A DNA stretch of 64,000 bases from positions 36,167 through 100,166 of the forward strand of contig JANXAJ010000001.1 of assembly GCA_025062295.1 (NCBI GenBank). Direction: 5' to 3'. A program made the translations under genes and the position numbers. Shown here piece after piece: positions 36,692 to 47,500 of this stretch (position 1 is its first letter; every line of letters starts with the position of its first letter). Below the pieces are notes generated by a model, which was not told where the DNA came from, searched no databases, and was given only the letters and a program-made list of their open reading frames with translations. Source of the DNA: Bacteroidia bacterium (GTDB taxonomy: Bacteria > Bacteroidota > Bacteroidia > SpSt-205).

Positions 36692-37312
36692 ATGTTTTCA
36701 GGGATCATAGAAGCAATCGGTACGGTGCAAGCCATAGAGACAGTAACGGAGGGTCGTCGATTCTGGATTCAGGCTCCTTTTGTTGAAGCTCTGTCCTTAG
36801 GCAGCAGTATCGCCCACAACGGTGCTTGCCTATCTGTCGTAGCTATTAAGCATCGCTTCTATTGTGTGGAGGCAGTTCATGAGACGCTCAATCGAACCAA
36901 TCTAAACGAGCTGGAACTGGGAGATCCTGTCAATTTGGAGCGAGCTTTGCCTGTTACTGCTCGCATAGAAGGACATTTCGTCCAAGGACATGTAGATACT
37001 ACGATAGAACTCGTTGAAATTGTGAGGGTGGGAGGTGATACATACTATTTCAGCTTTGCCATTTCAGAGCCTTGGCGTCCTTATGTAGTTGAGAAAGGTT
37101 CTATTGCTATAGATGGAGTAAGTTTGACTGTGGCTGCTGTGGAAGAGGAGTCGTTTCGCGTAGCCATAATTCCATGGACTTACCACCATACCACTTTTTC
37201 TCAGCGCAAGGTAGGAGACCGCTTGAATGTAGAGTTTGATATTTTAGCGAAGTACCTTTGGCGCTGGGCTCAGCGGTATGGGATTTCTTCCCCTTTTTCT
37301 CAATCAGGCTAA
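36692..37312 (+). CDS. ribE: Riboflavin synthase alpha chain
   Basis: MFSGIIEAIGTV... with duplicated Lum-binding repeats. 206 aa. Start is 3 nt after the adhesin stop. Confidence 0.85.
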   Translation: MFSGIIEAIGTVQAIETVTEGRRFWIQAPFVEALSLGSSIAHNGACLSVVAIKHRFYCVEAVHETLNRTNLNELELGDPVNLERALPVTARIEGHFVQGHVDTTIELVEIVRVGGDTYYFSFAISEPWRPYVVEKGSIAIDGVSLTVAAVEEESFRVAIIPWTYHHTTFSQRKVGDRLNVEFDILAKYLWRWAQRYGISSPFSQSG

Positions 37313-37320
37313 ATTGCTTC

Positions 37321-38136
37321 ATGCCCCGAATGCGCACTTATTATGATTTGTTGGGTCTGCCTTTCGGTGCTTCTGAGGCCCAAGTCAGGCAGCGCTATCG
37401 GGAGCTAGCGAAACGATTCCATCCTGATGTGAATCCTTCCCCTGAGGCGAAGCTTCATATGCAGAGGCTTAATGAAGCTTACCGAGTCCTTACAACGCCT
37501 CATCTCCGACGAGCGTATCACTGGCGAATAGCTATGTTATTGGCTCGCCGTTCCGTTCGCTCTCCTATCTCGCCTGCCCCCTCTCTTACTCCCCCACTTG
37601 GGCATTTATCTCACCTTTTTGCCGCACTTATTCTGCTTCTTTTTCTCATTGCTGTGTTTTACCATTGGACACATCCTTTCCCTTTCCGTCGCCTCCATCT
37701 CTCTGGGTTTGGCTGGCATTCCCTCCCCCCCTACTTGCATTTACCCCCTTCTATTCAGCGAATAGATTTGTCTAGAAACCGACTGAAGGAGATCCCGAAG
37801 GAGCTGTGGCGGATGTCCTCCCTAACACACCTAGACCTTTCTTATAATCAGCTTACCACCCTTTCCTCACAGATTTTTCTCTTCAGCCATCTGGAGGAGC
37901 TCAATCTGAGCTATAATCAGCTTTCCATCCTGCCTTTAGGTATAGGAGAGTTACGTCGCCTTCGCCGACTTGAGCTTCAGGGGAATCGGCTTCAAGAGGT
38001 ACCAGAAGAGATTTTTACTCTTCCTCACTTAGAGGTGTTGGATGTGCGTCAGAATCCCCTTGCCCCAGAAGCTCAAATCCGTCTCCGACAATTTCAAGAA
38101 AGATGCGGGTGCCAAGTCCTCTGGACCCTACCCTAA
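37321..38136 (+). CDS. J-domain / single TM / leucine-rich-repeat fusion protein
   Basis: J domain YYDLLGL...RYRELAKRFHPDVNP...LNEAYRVL with HPD. TM LFAALILLLFLIAVFYHW. Five LxxLxLxxNxL repeats (LDLSYNQLTTL, LNLSYNQLSIL, LELQGNRLQEV, LDVRQNPL). Confidence 0.65.
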   Translation: MPRMRTYYDLLGLPFGASEAQVRQRYRELAKRFHPDVNPSPEAKLHMQRLNEAYRVLTTPHLRRAYHWRIAMLLARRSVRSPISPAPSLTPPLGHLSHLFAALILLLFLIAVFYHWTHPFPFRRLHLSGFGWHSLPPYLHLPPSIQRIDLSRNRLKEIPKELWRMSSLTHLDLSYNQLTTLSSQIFLFSHLEELNLSYNQLSILPLGIGELRRLRRLELQGNRLQEVPEEIFTLPHLEVLDVRQNPLAPEAQIRLRQFQERCGCQVLWTLP

Positions 38137-38166
38137 GATCCAAAGAAGAGCTTTATTTTTGTAATC

Positions 38167-40380
38167 ATGTACTACCTTTTCCTACTAATAGCTTTTGGGT
38201 GGGCCCAGACGAAGGTGTGTGGCACTGACCTCTACATGCAAGAAGAAGAGCGACATCATCCTTTTCTCCCTCAGCTTCGGGCTCAATTGGATCAAGCTAT
38301 CGCTGAATGGATTCAGGCACACTCTTCCAGCTTACAGAGAGGGGCTGAGGAAGAGTGTATAGAGTCGGAATTTGTGATTCCTGTCGTCGTTCATATCATT
38401 CACTCCGGGAATGGACAGCCAGATAGTATTCCTCTCTCTCGTGTGTTTCGCCAAATGGATCAGCTCTTTGATGATTATCGTAGGCGTCCTTATAGTAAGG
38501 GGTATAGCTCTGGTGTAGATACCCGCATAGAATTGTCCTTAGCCACTAAAGACCCTCAGGGAAATCCTCATATTGGGGTCACTTACACCCGCTTCACTGA
38601 AGCCGGCCTTTCTTCAGCCCGAGTTCAAATGTTTTCGGATGAAGAGCTTACAATGAAAAACTCTACGGGATGGGATCGGGATAAATACTTAAATGTGTGG
38701 GTAATTAGAGAGATATGTCCAGCCACCGGATGTCAGCCTGGAGATGTAGTGCTTGGTTTTGCCCCCTTGCCTGGGGGTGAGAGGGCTCGGGAGGGGGTGG
38801 TAGTCATCTCAGACTTTTTCGGTCGCGCTAGTGGCGGTCAGACAATGACTCATGAAGTTGGACACTACCTTAACTTGTATCATCCCTTTCAAGGGGGGTG
38901 TACAGGCATGCGGGATAATAACTGTGCCACAGGGGGGGATCGGGTATGTGATACACCTCCCACTGCTGCGGCAAACTATGACAATGCCCGCAGGCAAAAT
39001 AGTTGTGCTGAGAATATCTCTATCCTTGGAGGCGATAAACCTGACCTTTTGCGAAGCTACATGGAGTACCTAAATGACGCTTCCTTAGACCTTTTCTCGG
39101 AGGGGCAAGCGGTTCGTATGCAGGCCACGCTTAGGAATCCAAGCGTTCTGGACCGAAAGCAATGGCAGTTTCTCCAGCAGACGGGTACAGGTCCATGGGG
39201 GCGAGTCAAAGCAAACTTCGCTCTGAAGGGATGTGAGCAGCCACCCTGCGTCGTCTGTCCAAATCAACCTCTTGTTCTGACTAGCTATAGCATGGGTAAG
39301 CCCCACCTTTTTCAGTGGGAAATTCGGCGAGGCTCTCAAGTAGTTGTCGCTTCCTCAGAAGGTCCATGCGCTACGATTGTAGCTCCCTCTATACCAGACA
39401 CTTACAGCGTCTTCTTGAGAGTAGAAAATTATGCTGCCAGCGCTGAGACTACTTATACTGACTTCCTCATCGTGCGAGATCTGAATGAAGTCTCGTCTTA
39501 TCCATTCATAGAAGATTTTGAAGGCACATTCCCTCCCCGGGGATGGGTGATTGTCAATCCAGATTTTGCCACCAGGAATAGTCAAAATATCACATGGGAA
39601 AGGTATAGGAGCACCGGGGGTGGAAGCTATGGAGGAAGCAATGCTGCCCTGCGAGTCCGAAATCACCGCTACTATAACTATAGCCAGCGAGACCATCTGA
39701 TTACGCCACTCATTCGGATTCCAGAATCGTCTATTGACCCTACCCTTGCGTTTGACATATACTACAGAGCTGTTCGTTGGAGCGATGCAAGTAATCAGCC
39801 TCTTCTTTATCAGGATACGCTTTCAGTGTATATTTCCCAGGATTGCGGTAGCACATGGAGACTTCTATATGAAGAAAATGGTGAGTCACTGGATATAGAG
39901 GGGGTGCCGATTCAGGCGCTCAACTCGTCCTATCCTGCAGAGCTGGTACCACCGCAAGGACCAAATGGAAAATGGCGTCGCAAGAAGGTGCGCATACCTG
40001 ACGAATATAAGGGCTCTACGGTGCTGATCCGTTTTGAAAATAGAACAGGAATGGGGAATACTCTCTACTTGGATAGTGTCCATATCAACGATGCTCAGTT
40101 GATTCCCGCTACCCTTTCCACAGAGTCAGCTGTAATCCGTTTTATTCCAAATCCGGTTCAAGGCGATATAGGGTGGCTTTCTATCCAAGGGGTACAGGCA
40201 TCGGTTCTCTCGTATGAGCTCTTAGAGCCAACGGGTCGGCTGTTGCGATCGGGTTCTTTAGAAGTGGGAACTGAAGCTATCCCAATTCCTCTTCATGGGA
40301 TTCCGTCGGGGGTATATCTCTTGGTCGTGCGTCAGCCTTCAGCTTCGCCCCTTTTCCATCGGATAGTAGTAGTTGATTGA
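38167..40380 (+). CDS. M43-family (cytophagalysin/pappalysin-like) zinc metalloprotease with T9SS type-A C-terminal sorting domain
   Basis: HEVGHYLNLYHPF...DRVCDTPP metzincin motif. C-terminal IRFIPNPVQGDIGWLSI...GVYLLVV... CTD. Confidence 0.7.
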   Translation: MYYLFLLIAFGWAQTKVCGTDLYMQEEERHHPFLPQLRAQLDQAIAEWIQAHSSSLQRGAEEECIESEFVIPVVVHIIHSGNGQPDSIPLSRVFRQMDQLFDDYRRRPYSKGYSSGVDTRIELSLATKDPQGNPHIGVTYTRFTEAGLSSARVQMFSDEELTMKNSTGWDRDKYLNVWVIREICPATGCQPGDVVLGFAPLPGGERAREGVVVISDFFGRASGGQTMTHEVGHYLNLYHPFQGGCTGMRDNNCATGGDRVCDTPPTAAANYDNARRQNSCAENISILGGDKPDLLRSYMEYLNDASLDLFSEGQAVRMQATLRNPSVLDRKQWQFLQQTGTGPWGRVKANFALKGCEQPPCVVCPNQPLVLTSYSMGKPHLFQWEIRRGSQVVVASSEGPCATIVAPSIPDTYSVFLRVENYAASAETTYTDFLIVRDLNEVSSYPFIEDFEGTFPPRGWVIVNPDFATRNSQNITWERYRSTGGGSYGGSNAALRVRNHRYYNYSQRDHLITPLIRIPESSIDPTLAFDIYYRAVRWSDASNQPLLYQDTLSVYISQDCGSTWRLLYEENGESLDIEGVPIQALNSSYPAELVPPQGPNGKWRRKKVRIPDEYKGSTVLIRFENRTGMGNTLYLDSVHINDAQLIPATLSTESAVIRFIPNPVQGDIGWLSIQGVQASVLSYELLEPTGRLLRSGSLEVGTEAIPIPLHGIPSGVYLLVVRQPSASPLFHRIVVVD

Positions 40381-40395
40381 GTGGGTTCTGACTAC

Positions 40396-41160
40396 CTAAG
40401 GACTCCGAGAGTTCTGTGCGCTGCGAGGTGGGGGAGTGTGCCTCAGTGCGCTCCATATCATTTGCCATGCTCGCTGCTTTTCCTCAGGTGAGACTGCTTT
40501 CCTCCAAAACTCCGTCTGATATTCTATTCTCCATAAGTCCTCTAAGGCTTGCTTGAGTGAAAAGTTTAGAGTCTCAAGGGTGTGAAGCTCCTCTAATGTG
40601 AGACTGCCTGGGTGCATCGGTAGGTAAAATAGAAGGAGAGACTTGAGGGATTGAATAAAGGCAGGAAATTGACCCAACTCAGGCTTGCGCCAGCGAATTA
40701 GCCATATCCCCCACCTTAGGAAAAGGAGAGCCGATTCAATCCTTCTCTGAAGAGGCCTCCGGAAGAGCGGAAAAAGAGCCACGGTAGCTAAAAGTAGGGC
40801 AATCATCAGCCAAACTACCCAGAGCTGTCTCTCAAAACCCGGCTGTGCCTCCTCCTTGAGAGAAGGGACGGAAAAATCAGCTAAAGGCATTAGGGTATCA
40901 CTTGGCAAAGGGGGAACTTTGATCTGAACCGTGCTGGTTTCACTCCCCCATACAATCCGAACCCCATCTTCTACCAGATCCCAAATCCGAAGAAGGGCAA
41001 AGACGGTGTCCCCTCGTTGGTAGGTCGCTATTTTCTCAGCACCGAGAGGCAAATCTCGGGCTTTCACGCGCCACACGAGAAAAGGCTCTGCTAACCATAC
41101 GGTATCAGGCATGTTACAGACTTTAGCAAAGAGTACCCCTAAAAAGAGCAAAACTTTCAT
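40396..41160 (-). CDS. Hypothetical membrane protein (signal peptide plus one internal TM)
   Basis: MKVLLFLGVLFAKVC signal and a mid-protein TM LWVVWLMIALLLATVALFPLF. Confidence 0.35.
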   Translation of the reverse strand: MKVLLFLGVLFAKVCNMPDTVWLAEPFLVWRVKARDLPLGAEKIATYQRGDTVFALLRIWDLVEDGVRIVWGSETSTVQIKVPPLPSDTLMPLADFSVPSLKEEAQPGFERQLWVVWLMIALLLATVALFPLFRRPLQRRIESALLFLRWGIWLIRWRKPELGQFPAFIQSLKSLLLFYLPMHPGSLTLEELHTLETLNFSLKQALEDLWRIEYQTEFWRKAVSPEEKQRAWQMIWSALRHTPPPRSAQNSRSP

Positions 41161-41223
41161 CCTTCAGCTGATTTAATGTAGTCTTATCCCTTACATAGGA
41201 GGGAGAAGAAGGTGCTTTGGAGT

Positions 41224-41439
41224 TTATGGATTAGGGCAGCTTTTCTGGATGGGGCGAGGAGATTTGCCGACCTTACCTCGGCTTCGAGTTTCCTTCGCTA
41301 ACCGTGCAGCTTGCTGCTGGCGCACATACTCCTCATGACGAGGGTGATTGCAATTCGCTCTGGGGTCTCGAAATATACTGCATCCTCCCACTACTATCAA
41401 GCCAGTCAGAATCCACCTATTCAGCATCGCTTTTTCCAT
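41224..41439 (-). CDS. Possible small lipoprotein (67-71 aa)
   Basis: MLNRWILTGLIVVGGCSIF signal/lipobox then a basic tail. Overlaps the 3' end of the upstream gene by 11-23 nt. No homology support. Confidence 0.3.
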   Translation of the reverse strand: MEKAMLNRWILTGLIVVGGCSIFRDPRANCNHPRHEEYVRQQQAARLAKETRSRGKVGKSPRPIQKSCPNP

Positions 41440-41953
41440 TTTCTGATGGAGATCCTTCCACCATTTGGAAATTGCCTTGCTCTGCGAGGAGACTTCTCAA
41501 TTTTTCTATCTTTTGAGGAAGCTCAGGGGGGCAGCCCATGCGACAGAGGATCCTCTTTGAAGTGGAGCCTATTCTGTACTGCAAAATAAGTGAGGGCAAG
41601 TCAGTTACATAAGGGTTATCGTATTCCTCCTGATAAGATTCAAATTGAGATTGAATCAGCAAATGTCGGATTTCCTCTAATTCTTTTTCAGAGAGCTGAC
41701 GAGTATAACGCCCAAGCCGAGGCACGAACCGCTTGCCATAATACCGGACAGTCCCATCGGCTGTAAGCTCTACCTCATCAATCGGGCATCTACCGTAGCA
41801 TGCTGTGCGAGCAATAAAAATCTCAATCGTATCACGAGCGGATGAGGGTACTTTTTTTCTACCTTCACTGCACTGCTCAAGGGAGCCAACCACAAGCCAC
41901 AAGCAGCCAGCTAAAATTTTGCTCACTCTGCAAAGATAGAATCTCTTATGCAC
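41417..41953 (-). CDS. Hypothetical lipoprotein with TACYGRCP Cys motif (DUF6438-like?)
   Basis: Signal/lipobox ILAGCLWLVVGSLEQC; Cys motifs ARTACYGRCP and CRMGCP. 178 aa. Confidence 0.35.
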   Translation of the reverse strand: MHKRFYLCRVSKILAGCLWLVVGSLEQCSEGRKKVPSSARDTIEIFIARTACYGRCPIDEVELTADGTVRYYGKRFVPRLGRYTRQLSEKELEEIRHLLIQSQFESYQEEYDNPYVTDLPSLILQYRIGSTSKRILCRMGCPPELPQKIEKLRSLLAEQGNFQMVEGSPSENGKSDAE

Positions 41954-41957
41954 ACTT

Positions 41958-44312
41958 GTGAGAGAGCGTCAAATCTGGGAATTTTTTTGTTTTTGTAGTG
42001 TGCGCGGGATCGTCCTTTTTGGATGGGGTGCTTTAGGAGCTCAGACCCTTTTTAGCGTAAGCGGCTATGTGAAAGATGCGGTAAATCGAGAGCCTTTATC
42101 GGGGGCAAAAGTATACGTCATAGAGCGAAATACGGGGGTAATAACTAATCCTTATGGTTACTATGCGCTCCGAGTGCCCCCTGGGCGATACCGGATCGTG
42201 GCTCAGTTTATGGGCTATCGGAGTGAGACTTTGACAGTAGCAGTCAAGGGCGACCTCAAGCAGGACTTTCTCCTTCAGGAAGAAGGGGTAGAATTGCGCA
42301 CAGTAGAAATCGTAGAGACTTACGAAAAGCAGCGGTTTGAAAGCGCAGCAATGAGCCAAAATCGCATAGATATTCAGCAACTGAAGAAGCTGCCAGCTTT
42401 CTTTGGAGAGGTGGACATCCTTCGTTCTCTTTCTTTCCTTCCTGGTGTGGCGACCGCTGGGGATGGAAGTGGTTCATTTTTTGTACGGGGAGGGTCTTTT
42501 GACCAGAATCTTATTCTTCTGGATGAAGCAGTGGTGTATAATCCTGGGCATTTAGGGGGCATTTTTGCTGCATTTAACTCTGATGCACTACAAGAGGCGA
42601 AGATTTACAAGGGATACATGCCGCCAGAGTATGGGGGTCGTCTCTCCTCTGTCCTCGATGTCAGACTAAGAGAAGGTTCAAGCCCTCGCTGGACAGCCGC
42701 TGGCGGAATCGGTCTCATCTCTTCTAGGCTCAATGTAGAAGGACCTTTGCTCAAGGATCGAGCAGGATTCCTTCTTACAGCTCGGCGCAGCTATGCTGAT
42801 CTTTTCCTTCTTTTTGCGAGGGACCCAGACCTTCGTAATACTGCTCTCTACTTTTACGATTTTACCACCAAGCTCAACTATCGCCTCAGCGACAAACACA
42901 GACTCTATCTCTCAGGCTATTTCGGACGAGATGTATTCCGTAATGTGTTTTTTGACTTCAACTGGGGCAATGCTACCACTACTCTTCGATGGAACTTCAT
43001 TCCATCGCCTAGACTTTTCATAAATACTCTGGTATTTTATAGCAAGTATGACTATGCTTTTCTAGTTGAGTCAGGTCGAAATCAAGCACGCTTTAGTTCG
43101 GGCATTGAAGACATAGGATGGCGGACGGATGGAGATTATTACCTTTCTGAAAAGATCAAGCTCCGCTTCGGCATGAGTCTGACTCGGCATACTTTTCTAC
43201 CTGGGCAACTCAAGCCTACCAGCGATACCTCTAATGTTCGTCCCTTCCGTGTCCCCTCTCTACGGGGAGTAGAAGCTGCGACATATATTCAGACCGATTA
43301 CAAGTTTGGAAGCCGATGGCTGATAGAAGGGGGAATGCGGTGGGCTGGATTTGGGCTTTTCGGACCAGCGACGCTGTATGCCTTTTCACCGGAACTAAGA
43401 GTTCGAGACACCCTTATCTATAACAGTGGAAATTTGATAGATGCATGGGGGGGGATAGAGCCTCGGGTAAGCATACGCTATGCTCTTTCTGAGCGATGGG
43501 CTCTCAAGGCTTCTTCTGGTCGCGTCCAGCAATTCCTTCATGTAGCTACTCTCTCCCCTGTGGGTCTTCCTACCGATATTTGGTGGCCCACGACTCTCAA
43601 TATTCGGCGGCAAGATGGCTACCAAATCGCTCTGGCTCTTCAAGGAACCCCTCGCTGGAAAGGACACGCATGGGATATCTCGTGGGAACTGTTCTACAGA
43701 GGAATGCAAAATGTCTTGGACTTTCGCTCTGGTACTGATATTTTTCTCAATCTTCAACTAGAGCGGGACCTCGTTCAAGGCCGTGCTTGGGCATATGGGG
43801 CGGAGTGGATGATTCAAAAGCTGACAGGTAAGCTCACAGGTTGGCTATCTTATACTTATAGTCGGAGCTTTCGTCTCATCCCCGCTATTAGTCCTAATCC
43901 CTTCCCAAATTATATAGATCGTCCGCATCAAGCCACGCTTGTGCTGCAGTATCCCCTCTCTCCCCGGTGGGACTTGGGAATTACTGGAATCTATGGTACA
44001 GGCCGTCCTATTACTCTCCCCGTGGCTAAGTATGTGTATGATGGACAGGTGATCGGCGTCTATAATCAGCGCAATAACCGTCGGATGCCCGACTATCACC
44101 GAGTGGATGTCTCCCTCACTTGGACGGCACCGCCAAGAGAAGGGAAGCGCTGGCAGTCAAGCTGGAACTTCTCAGTGTATAACGTCTATGGGCGGCGAAA
44201 TATGTGGGCTCTTCGTCTGCGTCAAGACGAAAATAATCCAGATCTCCAGCGGGCTTATAACTTTTACTTTTTCAGATGGGTGCCAGCTATCACCTATAAC
44301 TTCAAGTTCTGA
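41958..44312 (+). CDS. TonB-dependent outer-membrane receptor with N-terminal carboxypeptidase-regulatory-like domain
   Basis: CarbopepD_reg (GYVKDAVNREPLSGAKVYVIE...GYYALRVPPGRYRI), plug, 22-strand barrel. C-terminal ...ITYNFKF. Confidence 0.8.
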   Translation: MRERQIWEFFCFCSVRGIVLFGWGALGAQTLFSVSGYVKDAVNREPLSGAKVYVIERNTGVITNPYGYYALRVPPGRYRIVAQFMGYRSETLTVAVKGDLKQDFLLQEEGVELRTVEIVETYEKQRFESAAMSQNRIDIQQLKKLPAFFGEVDILRSLSFLPGVATAGDGSGSFFVRGGSFDQNLILLDEAVVYNPGHLGGIFAAFNSDALQEAKIYKGYMPPEYGGRLSSVLDVRLREGSSPRWTAAGGIGLISSRLNVEGPLLKDRAGFLLTARRSYADLFLLFARDPDLRNTALYFYDFTTKLNYRLSDKHRLYLSGYFGRDVFRNVFFDFNWGNATTTLRWNFIPSPRLFINTLVFYSKYDYAFLVESGRNQARFSSGIEDIGWRTDGDYYLSEKIKLRFGMSLTRHTFLPGQLKPTSDTSNVRPFRVPSLRGVEAATYIQTDYKFGSRWLIEGGMRWAGFGLFGPATLYAFSPELRVRDTLIYNSGNLIDAWGGIEPRVSIRYALSERWALKASSGRVQQFLHVATLSPVGLPTDIWWPTTLNIRRQDGYQIALALQGTPRWKGHAWDISWELFYRGMQNVLDFRSGTDIFLNLQLERDLVQGRAWAYGAEWMIQKLTGKLTGWLSYTYSRSFRLIPAISPNPFPNYIDRPHQATLVLQYPLSPRWDLGITGIYGTGRPITLPVAKYVYDGQVIGVYNQRNNRRMPDYHRVDVSLTWTAPPREGKRWQSSWNFSVYNVYGRRNMWALRLRQDENNPDLQRAYNFYFFRWVPAITYNFKF

Positions 44313-44521
44313 TAGAGCTCAGGAGTATGTCTCTGAGAGAGGTTTCCCCTTAGCAAAACTCTGCAAGATAGCACACTTTGGGCTGGATTAGTTTGATAAA
44401 AGAGAAGGAAAACTTGGGGAAACTGAATACCCTCATTTGAGCCAGTGTCAGACCGACCATCTGCTTTGCAGAAAGGGAAAAGAGCTTCCTACACCTTGAT
44501 CCTAGGGCTCTTGAGGAAAAT

Positions 44522-47500
44522 TTAATCCCTTAGGTACTTGTATCGTAGCCGGCGCATCCATCGCCAGGTCGTTACCTGCCCCACATGTAGGAGGTAATAC
44601 AGAACGGGAACTACTACTAAGGTGATCACTGTAGCAAAGCTCAGACCGAAGATGATGGCGCTTGCCAAGGGAAGCCAGAAAAAGGCTGTATCTCCTCCGA
44701 AGAAGATTTTAGGGTCTCCAGTCGTAAAAAGAGAAGCAAAGTCTATATTGAATCCCACTGCCAAGGGGATAAGTCCTAAAACGGTAGAAGCGGCTGTGAG
44801 AAGAACAGGCTTGAGCCGGATGGAGGCGCCCTCTATGATAGCAGGTCGCGTGCGATATCCTCGCCGACGCAATTCTTCTATGAATTCAACAAGCAGAATT
44901 CCATTTTTGACCACTACCCCTAATAAAGCCACGACTCCAACACCTGCAAGCACCACAGAAAACTCTATTCGGCTAAGGGCAAATCCCCATATTACTCCTA
45001 TCAAGCTAAACAGCACCTGGGAGATAATGATAAGCGGAATGCCTATGGAATTGAACTGAGCTATCAGAATGAGAAAGATGCCGCCTGTAGCTAAAAGGAA
45101 GGCCCTTTGAAGGAAGGCAGCTGCTTTTGCTTGCTCCTCTTGCTCTCCTCCGATGCGAATAGAAACCTCTTTAGGCAGGACTATTCCTTTGAGCGCCTGC
45201 TGAATCTGGTTATTGATCTCCGTAGCATTGTATCCTGGTAACACATCGGAAGAGAGCGTGATGGTGCGCTTGAGGTTTTTTCGGCGGATAATGCCTTGTC
45301 CTGAGCCATAAGAGAGAGCAGCAAAGCTTGCTAAGGGGTATTGCTTGAGGCGTCCATCACTCAAGTCCCGAAAAACTATTCGGTGAGCCAGTAGCAGTTC
45401 AGGCTGGCGCTGATAGTCCTCTTTGTAGCGAATCTGAATAGGATATTCATCCTCTTTATTGCGAAACTTTGAAGCTTCTTTTCCATAGAGAGCTGTCCGC
45501 AATTCTCCTCCCAATTGAGCGGAGGAGAGTCCTGCTCGCTGAGCGCGTTCTCTATCCACGACGAGCCGAATCTCTGGTCGTCCCAGGACGAGATCGCTAT
45601 TGAGCTCCTGAATCCCGGGGATGCGCAAAGAGTCTAAATATCTCTTGACAATCTGAGAAGCCCTTATAGCCAAGGTGGGGTCTTCGCTACTGATTTCTAT
45701 TTGAATAGGCTTTCCTGCTGGTGGGCCTGTGCGATCAGGTTCTACTTGAAGGGTAACGCCAGGCAGATCCCGGAGTGCAGTGTAGATAGCATCCAGGTAA
45801 GGACGGGTACTTTGTCCTTTCCGATTCCGAAACTCTACGAAGGCAACAGTAATCTTTGCGCGATTAGGGGCATTACTGGCACTTCTATCAAATGGGTCAC
45901 CAGAGCCAACTCCCACATTGACGAGGATAGAAGTAACGAGGGGATTCTCTTCACCTAAGGCTGCTTTGACTCGCTGATAAGCGAGTTGGGCAATCTGATA
46001 GGTGTAGTCAGGAGAAGTACCTTCAGGCAGTTTGAGATAAGCATAGATATAATTGGGGTCACGAGTAGGAAAAAAGGAAACCTTCGGGGGGTAGAGGGCA
46101 AATACAAGGCCTCCCCCTATCATAAGAAGGATGAGGACCAGGAGGACCCATTTAGGGTGTCCAGGGGCGATAGCCCAACGCAGAATGCGTCGGTGAGCCT
46201 CCATGAAGCGAGGGAGGGCTTTTGTTTGGAATTGAAGAATCAGCCATCGCAGCACCGTTCGAGCTGCGATAAAGAGGAGGGCTAAGATAAGCGTCAGATT
46301 GCCCAGTCCCACGCTTCCAGCTACATAAAAGACTCCTGCTAAAAGAATCATCAGCCCTAAAGTCAGCAGAAAGCCCTTTGACCACACTCGGCGCTGTCCC
46401 TCACGGACAGGACGCATGAAGTCAACCGCAAAGACTGGATTGATAATGTAAGCCACAAAAAGGGAAGCAAAAAGCGTGATAAGAAAGGTAACTGGTAGGT
46501 AGTATAAGAACTTTCCAGGGATGCTCTGCCAGAAAAGGAGCGGTACAAAAGGGGCTGCCGTGATTAAGGTCCCCGATAGTACAGGAATAAAGACCTCAGT
46601 CGCAGCGATCTGGGCCGCTTGTAGAATGGGTACCCGTCCATTGTCAAATATCCGATAGGTATTTTCCACCACCACAATTGCATCGTCTACAACTATACCT
46701 AAAGCTAAAAGAAAGGTGAAGAGAACAACAAGGTTGAGGCTATACCCTAACGTAGGGAAAAGAAGGAATGCTACGAATGAAGAAAGGGGTACTGAAAGCC
46801 CTACAAAGAGGGCATTTTCTAGTCCGATGAAGAACATCATCACGACTGTTACAAGGATGAATCCAATGATAATGGTGTTGATCAAGTCATCCAGTTGGAC
46901 TCGGGTGCGTTCAGACTGGTCATTTGTGATGACGATACGAAGGTCAGGTGGGAGGAAGTCCCGCTGAGCTTGTGCGACCAGGGCGAAGATAGCATCAGCT
47001 GCTTCAACGAGATTTTCTCCTCCCTTCTTAATAACGCTAAGGGTAATCACAGGCTTGCCATCTAAAAGCGCATAACTTTCTCGCTTTTTATATCCGTCAT
47101 AGACTTCTGCCACTTCTCTCAGGTAGACGGGGGCGCCAAAGCCAGAGCGCACGATGAGATTGCGAATCTCTTCCACTGAACGGAAGCGAGCATCTAGTCT
47201 AAGTGTTCGTTTTTGGCGTCCTAAGTCCGCTTCACCTGCAGAGATCAGCACATTTTCGCGGGAAATGGCGTTTTCTATATCACTAAAGGCTAAGTTGTGA
47301 GCTTGCAGCTTGGTCATGTCTACATCTATGCGGATTTCTCGCTCTAAGGCTCCAATAATATCCACTCTTCGGATGAAGGGAAGGGTCTCTATACGATCCT
47401 TCAGTTCATCAGCGTATCTTTTGAGTTGGGAAGGGGAGTAATTCCCCGCTATGTTGATAGCCATGATAGGAAATTCCGAGAAATCCACATCTGTAATCGT

